Part shown: piece after piece, positions 39,165-46,989 of the stretch
How positions within the stretch are numbered: the stretch's first letter is position 1
Layout of the letters: each line of letters begins with the position of its first letter
Assembly (NCBI GenBank): GCA_038230375.1
Contig: JBBRNJ010000005.1
Location: 32,001 to 96,000 of the forward strand
From: Polyangiales bacterium
GTDB taxonomy: Bacteria; Myxococcota_A; Polyangia; Polyangiales; Polyangiaceae
DNA: 64,000 bases
Direction of reading: 5' to 3'
Program-made: the position numbers and the translations under genes
The notes under the pieces: model-generated
Seen by the model: only the letters and a program-made list of their open reading frames with translations
Databases searched by the model: none
What the model was told of the DNA's origin: nothing

Positions 39165-39971
39165 ATGGATTCGAAGACGCCGTCATTTGGTGAGTTGGAC
39201 CTGGGTTGGGACGAGGTCTCGGAGACCGCGACCCCCGTGTCCGGCGTGCGCCAGGCGCGCATCGTTCCCGGACTCGCGGCGCGCGACAGCAGTCGGCCTC
39301 TCGCAAGCGCAGACATGACGCGCATCGGTGACTCGCCACTCGAGGCCGGCATGCTCGAGGCCGACCCGCGCTCGGCCGGTACCATGGAAGATCCGCGACT
39401 GGATCAGGTGCGCGCGCTCTATGCGCGTGGGGATACCGCCGCCGCGCTCGCGTTCGCAGAGAAGATGAGCAGCGACAAACCGGCTGCTCTGCCTCCGGCC
39501 GCGCGCCGGTCCTCACCGCCTTCGCAGCCCGTCAGGCAACCCGTCAGTCAACCCGTCAGGCAACCCGTCAGTCAACCCCCCCCCGGTAGCGCGCGATCGT
39601 TCGCTCAGACGGTGACTGCTGCCGTGCGTACTGCGCCGTTGCCACGCGCGCCCGAGCCGTACGCGGACATCCAGGATGAGGGTGCGCCGGCCGACCATCC
39701 CTCCGACCACGAACACGGGACTGCGATCTTCGCTGCCGGCGCAGGCGAGGCGCTCATGCAGGTCGCGTCGCTCACCGGAACGCCGTACATCGCGATGGCG
39801 TTGCAAGAGGTCCAGCGCTTGCCGCTCGATCCGCGCGCAGGCTTCCTCATGTCCATCATCGATGGCGCGTCCACCATCCCTGACCTGTGCGATCTGGCAG
39901 GAATGCCGGAAGATGAGGTCGTGAGCGTTCTCACCGAGCTCGCGCGCCACAAGGTGATCGCGTTCAAGTAG
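39165..39971 (+). CDS. Hypothetical protein with low-complexity middle and winged-helix-like C-terminus
   Basis: C-terminal LDPRAGFLMSIIDGASTIPDLCDLAGMPEDEVVSVLTEL motif common in myxobacterial proteins. Confidence 0.6.
   Translation: MDSKTPSFGELDLGWDEVSETATPVSGVRQARIVPGLAARDSSRPLASADMTRIGDSPLEAGMLEADPRSAGTMEDPRLDQVRALYARGDTAAALAFAEKMSSDKPAALPPAARRSSPPSQPVRQPVSQPVRQPVSQPPPGSARSFAQTVTAAVRTAPLPRAPEPYADIQDEGAPADHPSDHEHGTAIFAAGAGEALMQVASLTGTPYIAMALQEVQRLPLDPRAGFLMSIIDGASTIPDLCDLAGMPEDEVVSVLTELARHKVIAFK
39525..39578 (+). repeat. 12-bp tandem repeat CARCCCGTCAGK x4.5 (QPVR/QPVS)
   Basis: cagcccgtcagg caacccgtcagt caacccgtcagg caacccgtcagt caaccc. Confidence 0.85.
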
Positions 39972-39998
39972 AGCGTGGTAAAACGGCGAGCCGAACCC

Positions 39999-40757
39999 AT
40001 GCGGCTCCACATCAACATCGACCACGTCGCCACGCTTCGAAACGCCCGCGGGACTCCATATCCGGACCCTGTGCAGGCGGCGCAGATCTGTCTCGAGTCC
40101 GGCGCGGACGGTATCACTGCGCACCTGCGCGAGGACCGTCGCCACATCAAGGATGGTGATGTGGCCGCGCTGCGCGAGCTCCTCGTGGGAAAGCTGCTCA
40201 ACCTGGAGATGGCTGCAACGGACGAGATGGTGGCGATCGCGCTCAAGATCAAACCCAACGTCGTGTCGCTGGTGCCCGAGCGGCGTGAGGAGCGCACGAC
40301 GGAGGGCGGCCTCGACGTGGCGGCGGGCGGCGATGCACTCCGCGGCAAGGTGCAGAAGCTGGTGGCTGCGGGCATCAAGGTGAGCATGTTCATCGCTGCC
40401 GACCCTGCGCAGATCGACGCCTCGAAGGCGATCGGCGCGACGCAGGTGGAGCTGCACACCGGCGACTACGCGCACGCGTTCGGCGACATCTCGGGAGAGG
40501 ACGAGAGCGTGCGCAACGAGCTGATTCGCCTTGCCGCAGGCGCGGCGTATGCAAGCCGCACGGGCGTGGACGTTGCGGCAGGGCACGGCCTCACGCAGGA
40601 CAACGTGGGCCCGCTCATGGAGATCCCGCAGATCGAGGAGCTCAACATCGGGCATGCCGTGATCGCGGACGCCATCTTCATGTCGCTCGCTGGCGCCGTT
40701 CGGGCCATGCGCGCCCGCATCGACGAGGGGCTCGCGAATCGGAGGCTGCACTCGTGA
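39999..40757 (+). CDS. pdxJ: Pyridoxine 5'-phosphate synthase
   Basis: NIDHVATLRNAR, HLREDRRHI, LNLEMA, TTEGGLDV, ELHTG, AGHGL, ELNIGH. Confidence 0.95.
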   Translation: MRLHINIDHVATLRNARGTPYPDPVQAAQICLESGADGITAHLREDRRHIKDGDVAALRELLVGKLLNLEMAATDEMVAIALKIKPNVVSLVPERREERTTEGGLDVAAGGDALRGKVQKLVAAGIKVSMFIAADPAQIDASKAIGATQVELHTGDYAHAFGDISGEDESVRNELIRLAAGAAYASRTGVDVAAGHGLTQDNVGPLMEIPQIEELNIGHAVIADAIFMSLAGAVRAMRARIDEGLANRRLHS

Positions 40758-41140
40758 TCGTCGGCCTTGGCATCGACGTGTGCTCGATCGAGCGCATGCG
40801 CGTGGCCATCGGCCGGCATGGCGACAGGTTCTGGGCTCGCATCTGCAGCGATCGCGAGCGCGCTTCGCTCGGCACACGCGCGACGGGCAATCAGGCCCCG
40901 ACAGCGCTCGCGGCGCGCTTCGCCGTGAAGGAGGCATTCTCCAAGGCGCTGGACGGTGCGCGTGGCGTCGGCTGGCACGAGGTGGAGATCATCAATCAGC
41001 CGAGCGGGCGTCCCGTGCTCGAGCTCTCGGGCAAGGCCCTCACGCGTGCGCACGCATTCGGCGCCGACACATGGCATGTCTCGATCACGCATGACGCAGG
41101 CATTGCCGCTGCGGTCGTCATCCTGGAGAAGCGAACATGA
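40754..41140 (+). CDS. acpS: Holo-[acyl-carrier-protein] synthase
   Basis: GLGIDVCSIER, ARFAVKEAFSKAL, VSITHD. Confidence 0.93.
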   Translation: MIVGLGIDVCSIERMRVAIGRHGDRFWARICSDRERASLGTRATGNQAPTALAARFAVKEAFSKALDGARGVGWHEVEIINQPSGRPVLELSGKALTRAHAFGADTWHVSITHDAGIAAAVVILEKRT

Positions 41141-42696
41141 TTCCCGTGCTCACCCGCGAAGAGGCCCGCGCGTTCGATGCCCACGCCATCGCGTCGGACG
41201 TGCCAAGCATCGTGCTCATGGAGAATGCGGGCAGGGGAGCCACGGACGTGCTCATCCGCGAGCTGGATGCGCGCGGTCTCCACGGCCTCATCCTTGTCCT
41301 GTGCGGTGCCGGCAACAATGGCGGAGACGGCTATGTGGTCGCGCGACACCTCTTGACGCGCGGGCGCGACGTCCGCCTCATTGCGTGGAGGGGACGCGAT
41401 GGCAACCTCACGCCCGACGTGGCCGTCCACCACGCTGCATTCCTGGGCGCGGGGGGCGGTGTGTCTTCCGGCTCCGAGCTCGACGCCACGCTCGACGCAG
41501 CAGAGGTGGTGGTCGATGCGCTCTTCGGTACTGGCCTCGACAGACCCATCGAGGGCCGATCCGCCGACGTCATCGCGAAGATCAACGAGCGCGGTGCCTT
41601 CACGTTTGCGCTCGATCTTCCCTCCGGTCTCTGTGCCGACACGGGGCGCACGCTGGGCATCTGCGTGCGAGCAGACGCCACGGCCACGTTCGCCTTCCAG
41701 AAGCGAGGGCTGATGACCCAGATCGGGCGGGCATGCGCAGGCAAGGTCACCATCGTGGACATCGGCGTGCCGCCGCACCTGTCGGAGCCTGCAGGCGCGC
41801 ACGCGACCACCCTGGCTGACGTCAAGCAGACCCTCGCTCGTCGCCCGGTCGGCGCACACAAGTACACCGCGGGTCACGTCGCGATCCTCGGTGGTCGTCT
41901 CGGTACGCTCGGGGCCGCGCTCCTGGCGTCGCACGCGGCGATGCGCGCAGGTGCAGGCGCGGCGACCATCGTGACGTGGCCGGATGCCGCGGCGGCCGCA
42001 GCCGCAAGAGTGACCGAGGTGATGACCGCGCCGATCGAGGGCGACTCGTCGGAGATGCGCAGCGCGTCCGTCATCGCGCAATTCGGGACCAAGCGGGCGG
42101 CGGTGGTGGGTCCTGGTTTCGGCACGGGCGAGCTCGCACGGCAGGTGGTGGAGCAAGCCGTCATGCATTCGGGATGTCCGCTCGTGATCGACGCGGACGG
42201 GCTCACTGCGTTTGCAGGTCGCGCGTCCTCGCTTGCGGTCGCGGAGGGGCGCGCGGTGCTCACGCCGCACGAAGGCGAGCTGGCGCGCTTGCTGGGCGTG
42301 ACCAGCGCAGAGATCGCAGCAGACAGGTACGCGTTCGTGCTGCGTGCCGCGCGCGAGACAAAGTGCGTCGTGCTCCTGAAGGGAGCGTTCACGCTGATCG
42401 CAAGCCCCGAGGGAGACATCGTCGTCAACCAGACAGGCGGACCCGCGCTCGCGACCGCCGGCGCGGGGGACGTGCTGGCCGGCATCATCGGCGCGCTGCT
42501 CTGCACGCTCACGCCATTTGACGCCGCGTGGGTCGGCGCGTTCCTGCACGGCACAGCGGCGGATGAATGGTCCGCGGAGAACGGCGATCGCGGCCTGCTT
42601 GCGCACGAGGTAGCAGACCGTGTGCCGCGCGTTCTCGCCCACACGCTCTGTGTCCGAGAGGACGCTGGCGCAGCCGGATCTTCCCAGAAAGCGTAG
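41137..42696 (+). CDS. nnr: Bifunctional NAD(P)H-hydrate epimerase/dehydratase
   Basis: LMENAG, GAGNNGGDG, DALFGTG, DLPSG, HKYTAG, VGPGFG, IDADGL, LTPHEGE, LATAGAGDVLAG. Confidence 0.93.
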   Translation: MIPVLTREEARAFDAHAIASDVPSIVLMENAGRGATDVLIRELDARGLHGLILVLCGAGNNGGDGYVVARHLLTRGRDVRLIAWRGRDGNLTPDVAVHHAAFLGAGGGVSSGSELDATLDAAEVVVDALFGTGLDRPIEGRSADVIAKINERGAFTFALDLPSGLCADTGRTLGICVRADATATFAFQKRGLMTQIGRACAGKVTIVDIGVPPHLSEPAGAHATTLADVKQTLARRPVGAHKYTAGHVAILGGRLGTLGAALLASHAAMRAGAGAATIVTWPDAAAAAAARVTEVMTAPIEGDSSEMRSASVIAQFGTKRAAVVGPGFGTGELARQVVEQAVMHSGCPLVIDADGLTAFAGRASSLAVAEGRAVLTPHEGELARLLGVTSAEIAADRYAFVLRAARETKCVVLLKGAFTLIASPEGDIVVNQTGGPALATAGAGDVLAGIIGALLCTLTPFDAAWVGAFLHGTAADEWSAENGDRGLLAHEVADRVPRVLAHTLCVREDAGAAGSSQKA

Positions 42697-42716
42697 TCAT
42701 TTCAGGGCGCAGGCCG

Positions 42717-42732
42717 TGGCACTTGGGTTGCT
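42717..42732 (+). promoter_or_regulatory. Sigma54 (-24/-12) promoter upstream of the ECF sigma gene
   Basis: TGGCAC-TTGGG-TTGCT matches the TGGCAC-N5-TTGCW consensus. Confidence 0.75.
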
Positions 42733-42758
42733 CTAACCAGCGAGCACGAGGACCCACG

Positions 42759-43340
42759 ATGCCCAAGAACGCTTCTGCCACTCCTTCTCCTTCCGACCGC
42801 CCCGCAAAGGCACCCCGCCCCTGCATGGCACTCCGCGACGAGCTCACGCTCGTGTTGCCGGAGCTGCGTGCGAGAGCGATGAAGCTGACGCGCGATTCGG
42901 TCGCGAGCGACGACCTGGTGCAGGACACAGTCGTGCGTGCGCTGTGCTTCGAGAAGCAGTTCATCCAGGGTACGAACGTGCGCGCGTGGCTGGGCACGGT
43001 GCTCTTCAGCGTGTTCGTATCGCGCTACCGCCGCAAGAAGCGCGAGCAGCGCGCCGCGGTCGCGCTCGCGGCGGATCCGTGTGCGTGGACGACGCCGCAA
43101 GGCTTCACCGCACCGGACTGCGGCTCGCTGGCGCCCGCAATGAAGGTGAAAGTCGAGACGCTGCCGCCGGCGTTCCGTGACGTGGTGTGCCTGGTGGATC
43201 TCCAGGAGCGGTCGTACCGTGATGCGGCGACGGAGCTCGGCGTGCCCGTGGGCACCGTGATGAGCCGCCTGCACCGCGGCCGCCGCCTGCTCGCGGAGAG
43301 CCTGGCGCAGCCGGGTACCGAACAGAAACACGCCGCGTGA
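42759..43340 (+). CDS. ECF RNA polymerase sigma factor
   Basis: DDLVQDT, GTNVRAWL, LPPAFRDVV...SYRDAATELGVPVGTVMSRLHRGR. Confidence 0.92.
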   Translation: MPKNASATPSPSDRPAKAPRPCMALRDELTLVLPELRARAMKLTRDSVASDDLVQDTVVRALCFEKQFIQGTNVRAWLGTVLFSVFVSRYRRKKREQRAAVALAADPCAWTTPQGFTAPDCGSLAPAMKVKVETLPPAFRDVVCLVDLQERSYRDAATELGVPVGTVMSRLHRGRRLLAESLAQPGTEQKHAA

Positions 43341-43361
43341 GGATCGCGACGAGCGGACGCA

Positions 43362-44996
43362 TCACGCGTAGATCGGCCGCGCGGGAAGCTCGAGGACGCC
43401 GTGGCTCGGGGCACTTACTTCACGGTGCCGCTCCTTCGTCTGGCCTTTGATCTTGAGCCCCACGCCCTGGACTTCGGCGTTGAGCGAGAGCCCACCGGAT
43501 GTCTCCACGGAGGAGTAGGCCTCGGCCTTTGCCTGCGCACCTGGACCGAACACACCCATCGCGCCCGGAAGGTCGGCCGCTGCGACCAAGGCCATGGCTC
43601 GAACCAGGTCTGCGTTGCTCCCGTTCCAGCCCTTCACTTCGAGGGTGCGGGTACTCACGAATTGCTCCGCGCCAGCGCCGCCACCGTTTGACCTCTGGGT
43701 GGCGACGCCAAGACCAAGCTGCACACCGGTCGCGCGTTCGCTCTTGAGCGTCACGGTTCGAGCGCCGCTCTTCAACTGTCCCTGAAGATTCATCAGTGAT
43801 GCGCCCGGGTCCGACAGGAGCCGTGCGGAGTCGACGTGCTCAGGCAAGGCGTAGACCATTGAGAACTTCACGCTCACGTCCTCCTGATGGTTCACGGCCA
43901 GCCCGTTCATCGGTAAGCCGGCAGGCTGCTCTCGGTTGCCTGATGCCCGGGCCAGCCCAGCTCCGCCGGTCCCCGAAACTCGTCCAGATGTCTCGAGCGC
44001 GATCTCCACGGTCGTCGCGCGCCCGCCTTCGAAGTGGATCGTCGACGAGACCTTTTCCGCTGGCAAGCCCTGAAGTGCCGCGCCCATGGCGGCCCTCGCA
44101 CCCTCGGCGCCTGACGCCTTGTTGATCTCCGCGGAGAGAACGCCCGAGACTGTGACGTCGCTGATGTGCGAGCGCAGGAACGCCGTGTCCGCCGCGTTCA
44201 TCACGCCGTGGTTGCGGAGCTGCTGCGCGCCTTCGAGCATCGGGTTGTATGCAGCCATGCCGTAACGCAGGACGCATTCGGTGAGCTTCTTCGCATCCGC
44301 GGCGGTGCTCACCTGGAATGTGATCTTGGCGCCGGCCGCGGCCTGGGCTTTGGCCTCCATGAATCCGCCCTTCTTGATTGCGGTCGCTCCCAGCTCGCCG
44401 CTTGCCTCGACCTTGAACGCTCCGTCCTCGCCGCGCGTCACCTTCACGCTGACTTGCTCTTCAGTTCCGCCTCTACCCACGCCGAGCTCGATGGAGCCGG
44501 TGATCTCGTAGGTGTCGTTCTTCTGGAGCGCGGCGACCTTGCTGGGTGGGGACTGCGCGAGCGTCATGAGATCGACCTGTCGTGATGCCTGTGCCATGTC
44601 CTGGACGACGCTCACGATGGGTGCCTGAGCCTTCACGCGAGCAAGGTCGAAGCCCAGCTCCACGCCATGGTGCGGCGCGTTGCATTCGCTCACGCGGCCG
44701 TCCAGGTCGAGCTGCTCCAGCAGACGCTCACCGGGTAGCTGACTGGTACGCCGGCCCAGAGCGCGGAGCGTGGCGCCGTCCGGCTCACCCGTGGTTGGAA
44801 GGCCTTCGCTACGCTGAAAAGAGGTGAGGCCCTCCTTCATGGTCCTTGGCGTATATCGATCGGTGCCAGCGAGCTCGTTGAGGAGCGCGAGGGCCTTCGG
44901 GGTGACGTCGTTCGAGCGGATGGTTCGCTCGCGCTCCTCCGCCTCCCGCGTCGTGGTGTCCGTATCCGAGCTGCGCGAACGATCGACGATGGTCAT
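43362..44996 (-). CDS. Peptidoglycan-binding-domain protein with large unknown C-terminal region (candidate secreted effector)
   Basis: TMKEGLTSFQRSEGLPTTGEPDGATLRAL matches PG_binding_1; no Sec signal; S/T-rich polar N-terminus. Confidence 0.7.
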   Translation of the reverse strand: MTIVDRSRSSDTDTTTREAEERERTIRSNDVTPKALALLNELAGTDRYTPRTMKEGLTSFQRSEGLPTTGEPDGATLRALGRRTSQLPGERLLEQLDLDGRVSECNAPHHGVELGFDLARVKAQAPIVSVVQDMAQASRQVDLMTLAQSPPSKVAALQKNDTYEITGSIELGVGRGGTEEQVSVKVTRGEDGAFKVEASGELGATAIKKGGFMEAKAQAAAGAKITFQVSTAADAKKLTECVLRYGMAAYNPMLEGAQQLRNHGVMNAADTAFLRSHISDVTVSGVLSAEINKASGAEGARAAMGAALQGLPAEKVSSTIHFEGGRATTVEIALETSGRVSGTGGAGLARASGNREQPAGLPMNGLAVNHQEDVSVKFSMVYALPEHVDSARLLSDPGASLMNLQGQLKSGARTVTLKSERATGVQLGLGVATQRSNGGGAGAEQFVSTRTLEVKGWNGSNADLVRAMALVAAADLPGAMGVFGPGAQAKAEAYSSVETSGGLSLNAEVQGVGLKIKGQTKERHREVSAPSHGVLELPARPIYA

Positions 44997-45002
44997 GCGC
45001 TC

Positions 45003-45029
45003 TCATCGGCCGCTCACGCGCGCAGTTGC
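45003..45029 (-). promoter_or_regulatory. Sigma28-like promoter GCAAC-N14-GCCGATGA
   Basis: The -10-like GCCGATGA ends 6 nt before ATG 44996; the same motif precedes the translocon operon. Confidence 0.6.
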
Positions 45030-45054
45030 GTGTCACCCGCGTTCTTGCGTCGAA

Positions 45055-45606
45055 TCAGCGAGGGTGCGGTGCCCACGGCACGTCGTCGACCTTCGCGGCG
45101 TGGTTCTCGTACCGCGCGAGGGTGAAGAGCAGATCGCTCAGGCGATTGAGGTAGATGACGAGCGCAGCGCGCGGCGTGGCGTCATCGATGGAAAGCAGTG
45201 CGCGCTCGGCGCGTCGACACACCGTGCGCGAGAGGTGAAGGCGTGCGGCGACCTCCGAGCCACCGGGCAAGATGAAGGTCTTCAGCGGAGGCAGCGGCTT
45301 CTCCGCGTCGTCGATGGCGCGCTCGAGGCGCTCGTAGTCGGCCTGGTCGAGGAGCTGCATCTTCAAGCTCTCCTCCTTGCCCGGCACGGTTGCGAGCTCC
45401 GCGCCGAGCGTGAAGAGATCCACCTGCACGCGCGCGAGCACCTCGTCCGTGAAGGACGAAGGCTTCGCCGTGCGCACGAGACCAAGCGTCGCGTTGAGCT
45501 CGTCGACGGTGCCGTAGGCCTCGACGCGAGGCACGTTCTTCTTCACGCGCCCCCCGCCAAAGAGCCCCGTATCGCCGCCGTCGCCGGTCTTCGTGTAGAT
45601 GCGCAT
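45055..45606 (-). CDS. pduO: Cob(I)alamin adenosyltransferase, PduO-type
   Basis: MRIYTKTGDGGDTGL, EAYGTVDELN, FILPGG, RTVCRRAER, YLNRLSDLLF. Confidence 0.93.
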   Translation of the reverse strand: MRIYTKTGDGGDTGLFGGGRVKKNVPRVEAYGTVDELNATLGLVRTAKPSSFTDEVLARVQVDLFTLGAELATVPGKEESLKMQLLDQADYERLERAIDDAEKPLPPLKTFILPGGSEVAARLHLSRTVCRRAERALLSIDDATPRAALVIYLNRLSDLLFTLARYENHAAKVDDVPWAPHPR

Positions 45607-45681
45607 GACGGCGGAGTATAGCCATCGATGTCCACGAAGAGGCTGTTTTCCAGGGGGATCGACGAAATCGTACGGTGCCAA

Positions 45682-45708
45682 GCAACCCACGCCCATGGCG
45701 GTCGATGG
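45682..45708 (+). promoter_or_regulatory. Sigma28-like promoter GCAAC-N14-GTCGATGG
   Basis: 40 nt upstream of ATG 45749; same spacing and flanks as the 45003-45029 copy. Confidence 0.55.
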
Positions 45709-45748
45709 GGGTGCATCGGCGCAAGTCGCCACCACCGTCGAGGACCAC

Positions 45749-45979
45749 ATGTCGAACGAGCACGAGGACCGGACTCATCGTCTGAAACAGCTAGACGCAG
45801 CCATCGATGCACAGGACGAAGCGATGAACGCGGTCCGGGCTCACGCCGCAGAGCTCAGCGCGCAAGGAGTCGAGCTGCCTGCTGGTCCGCTCCTCGCGGA
45901 GCTCGATGCCGTCATCGAGAAAGCCATCACGTCCGCACGCACGAACCCCACCACCGTCCACTACGGCCTCCGGGCCTGA
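45749..45979 (+). CDS. Small helical protein, first gene of the translocon-like operon
   Basis: GAGGA RBS, 76 aa, coiled-coil N-half, ends ...HYGLRA. Confidence 0.65.
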   Translation: MSNEHEDRTHRLKQLDAAIDAQDEAMNAVRAHAAELSAQGVELPAGPLLAELDAVIEKAITSARTNPTTVHYGLRA

Positions 45980-45991
45980 AAGAGAACCGTC

Positions 45992-46609
45992 ATGACCATC
46001 AACGCCTCCAGTCCTCTGCTCAACCATCCCCTCGCCAACACTGGCGCCGCCGGAGCCGGCAACAACGTCAACATCGACTGCATCAGCGTCGACAGCATCA
46101 TGGCGTACTGCGCTACCCGCATGAACGACCTCGACCTGATGCTGCGTTCGAAGATGCAGCAACAGACGAACCAGAACAACGTGTCGAAGCAGTGGTCCGA
46201 TCTCCAGGGCCTGATGCAACACTGCGCCGGAGCCGGCATCGTGAAGGGCGGAGATCAGTCGGGCAACAAGGCCGTCTCCGACCAGCTGCTCGCTCAGTAC
46301 AACGCGACCACCGATCCTGCGCTCCGGATCAAGCTCGGCGATGCCTTCACCAAGTTCACGGGCAAGAACATCGCGGATGGCCCGGTGGCCAATCCGGAGC
46401 CTAAAGACCCGGTGTCCGCGTCGGATTTTGCGGGCTTCATCGAGGAGATCAAGACGGATGCCGGCTCCGTCTCGCAGGGCTCGGACCTGGCGATGGTCGA
46501 GATCCAGAGCCTTGTCAGCCAGCGCCAGCAGGCGATGCAGCTCACCTCGCAGATGCTCCAGTCGGAGAGCGAGATCGCCAAGAACATCCTCGGCAACACG
46601 GGGCGCTGA
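45992..46609 (+). CDS. T3SS tip/filament-like protein (EspA/SseB/Bsp22-like)
   Basis: N-terminal helix RMNDLDLMLRSKMQQQ and C-terminal helix DLAMVEIQSLVSQRQQAMQLTSQML...KNILGN typical of the hydrophilic translocator/filament class. Confidence 0.65.
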   Translation: MTINASSPLLNHPLANTGAAGAGNNVNIDCISVDSIMAYCATRMNDLDLMLRSKMQQQTNQNNVSKQWSDLQGLMQHCAGAGIVKGGDQSGNKAVSDQLLAQYNATTDPALRIKLGDAFTKFTGKNIADGPVANPEPKDPVSASDFAGFIEEIKTDAGSVSQGSDLAMVEIQSLVSQRQQAMQLTSQMLQSESEIAKNILGNTGR

Positions 46610-46611
46610 AG

Positions 46612-46989
46612 ATGAACCCCGTCGACCACGCCCTCGCGATCGACGCTGTGTATGCGGCCGGTCGCTGGCTCCTCCAGAACGACCGGCCGCGTGAGGCGGT
46701 CGACATTTTTCGCACCATCATGCTTGCTGCGCCGACGGACGAGCGCGGCTGGCTCGGGCTGGCCGAGGCGCACGACACGCTCGGCGAGCATACGAAGGCG
46801 CTCGAGCTCTTGCGGCTCGCGCCCGACGCAACAGGTCCCCGCGCGCGCATCGCGCTCTGCATGGCGCGCGCGCTCCGCCATGCCGGCGAAGACGCGGCGG
46901 ACACCTACGAGCTCGCGGCGGACCTCGCGTTGGCCGAGAGCGCTGACGATCTCCTCAACCTAGTTCGATTCGAGAAGGCGCAGTCATGA
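46612..46989 (+). CDS. Class II T3SS translocator chaperone (SycD/LcrH/CesD-like TPR protein)
   Basis: AVYAAGRWLLQNDRPREAVDIFRTIMLAAPTDERGWLGLA; 125 aa; sits directly before the translocators. Confidence 0.7.
   Translation: MNPVDHALAIDAVYAAGRWLLQNDRPREAVDIFRTIMLAAPTDERGWLGLAEAHDTLGEHTKALELLRLAPDATGPRARIALCMARALRHAGEDAADTYELAADLALAESADDLLNLVRFEKAQS

Noticed and set aside
45992..46609. Alternative reading as flagellin or a WXG100 substrate
   Set aside because: No flagellin terminal signatures and no central WxG in a ~100-aa protein. The context (TPR chaperone plus hydrophobic translocators) fits a T3SS tip/filament better.
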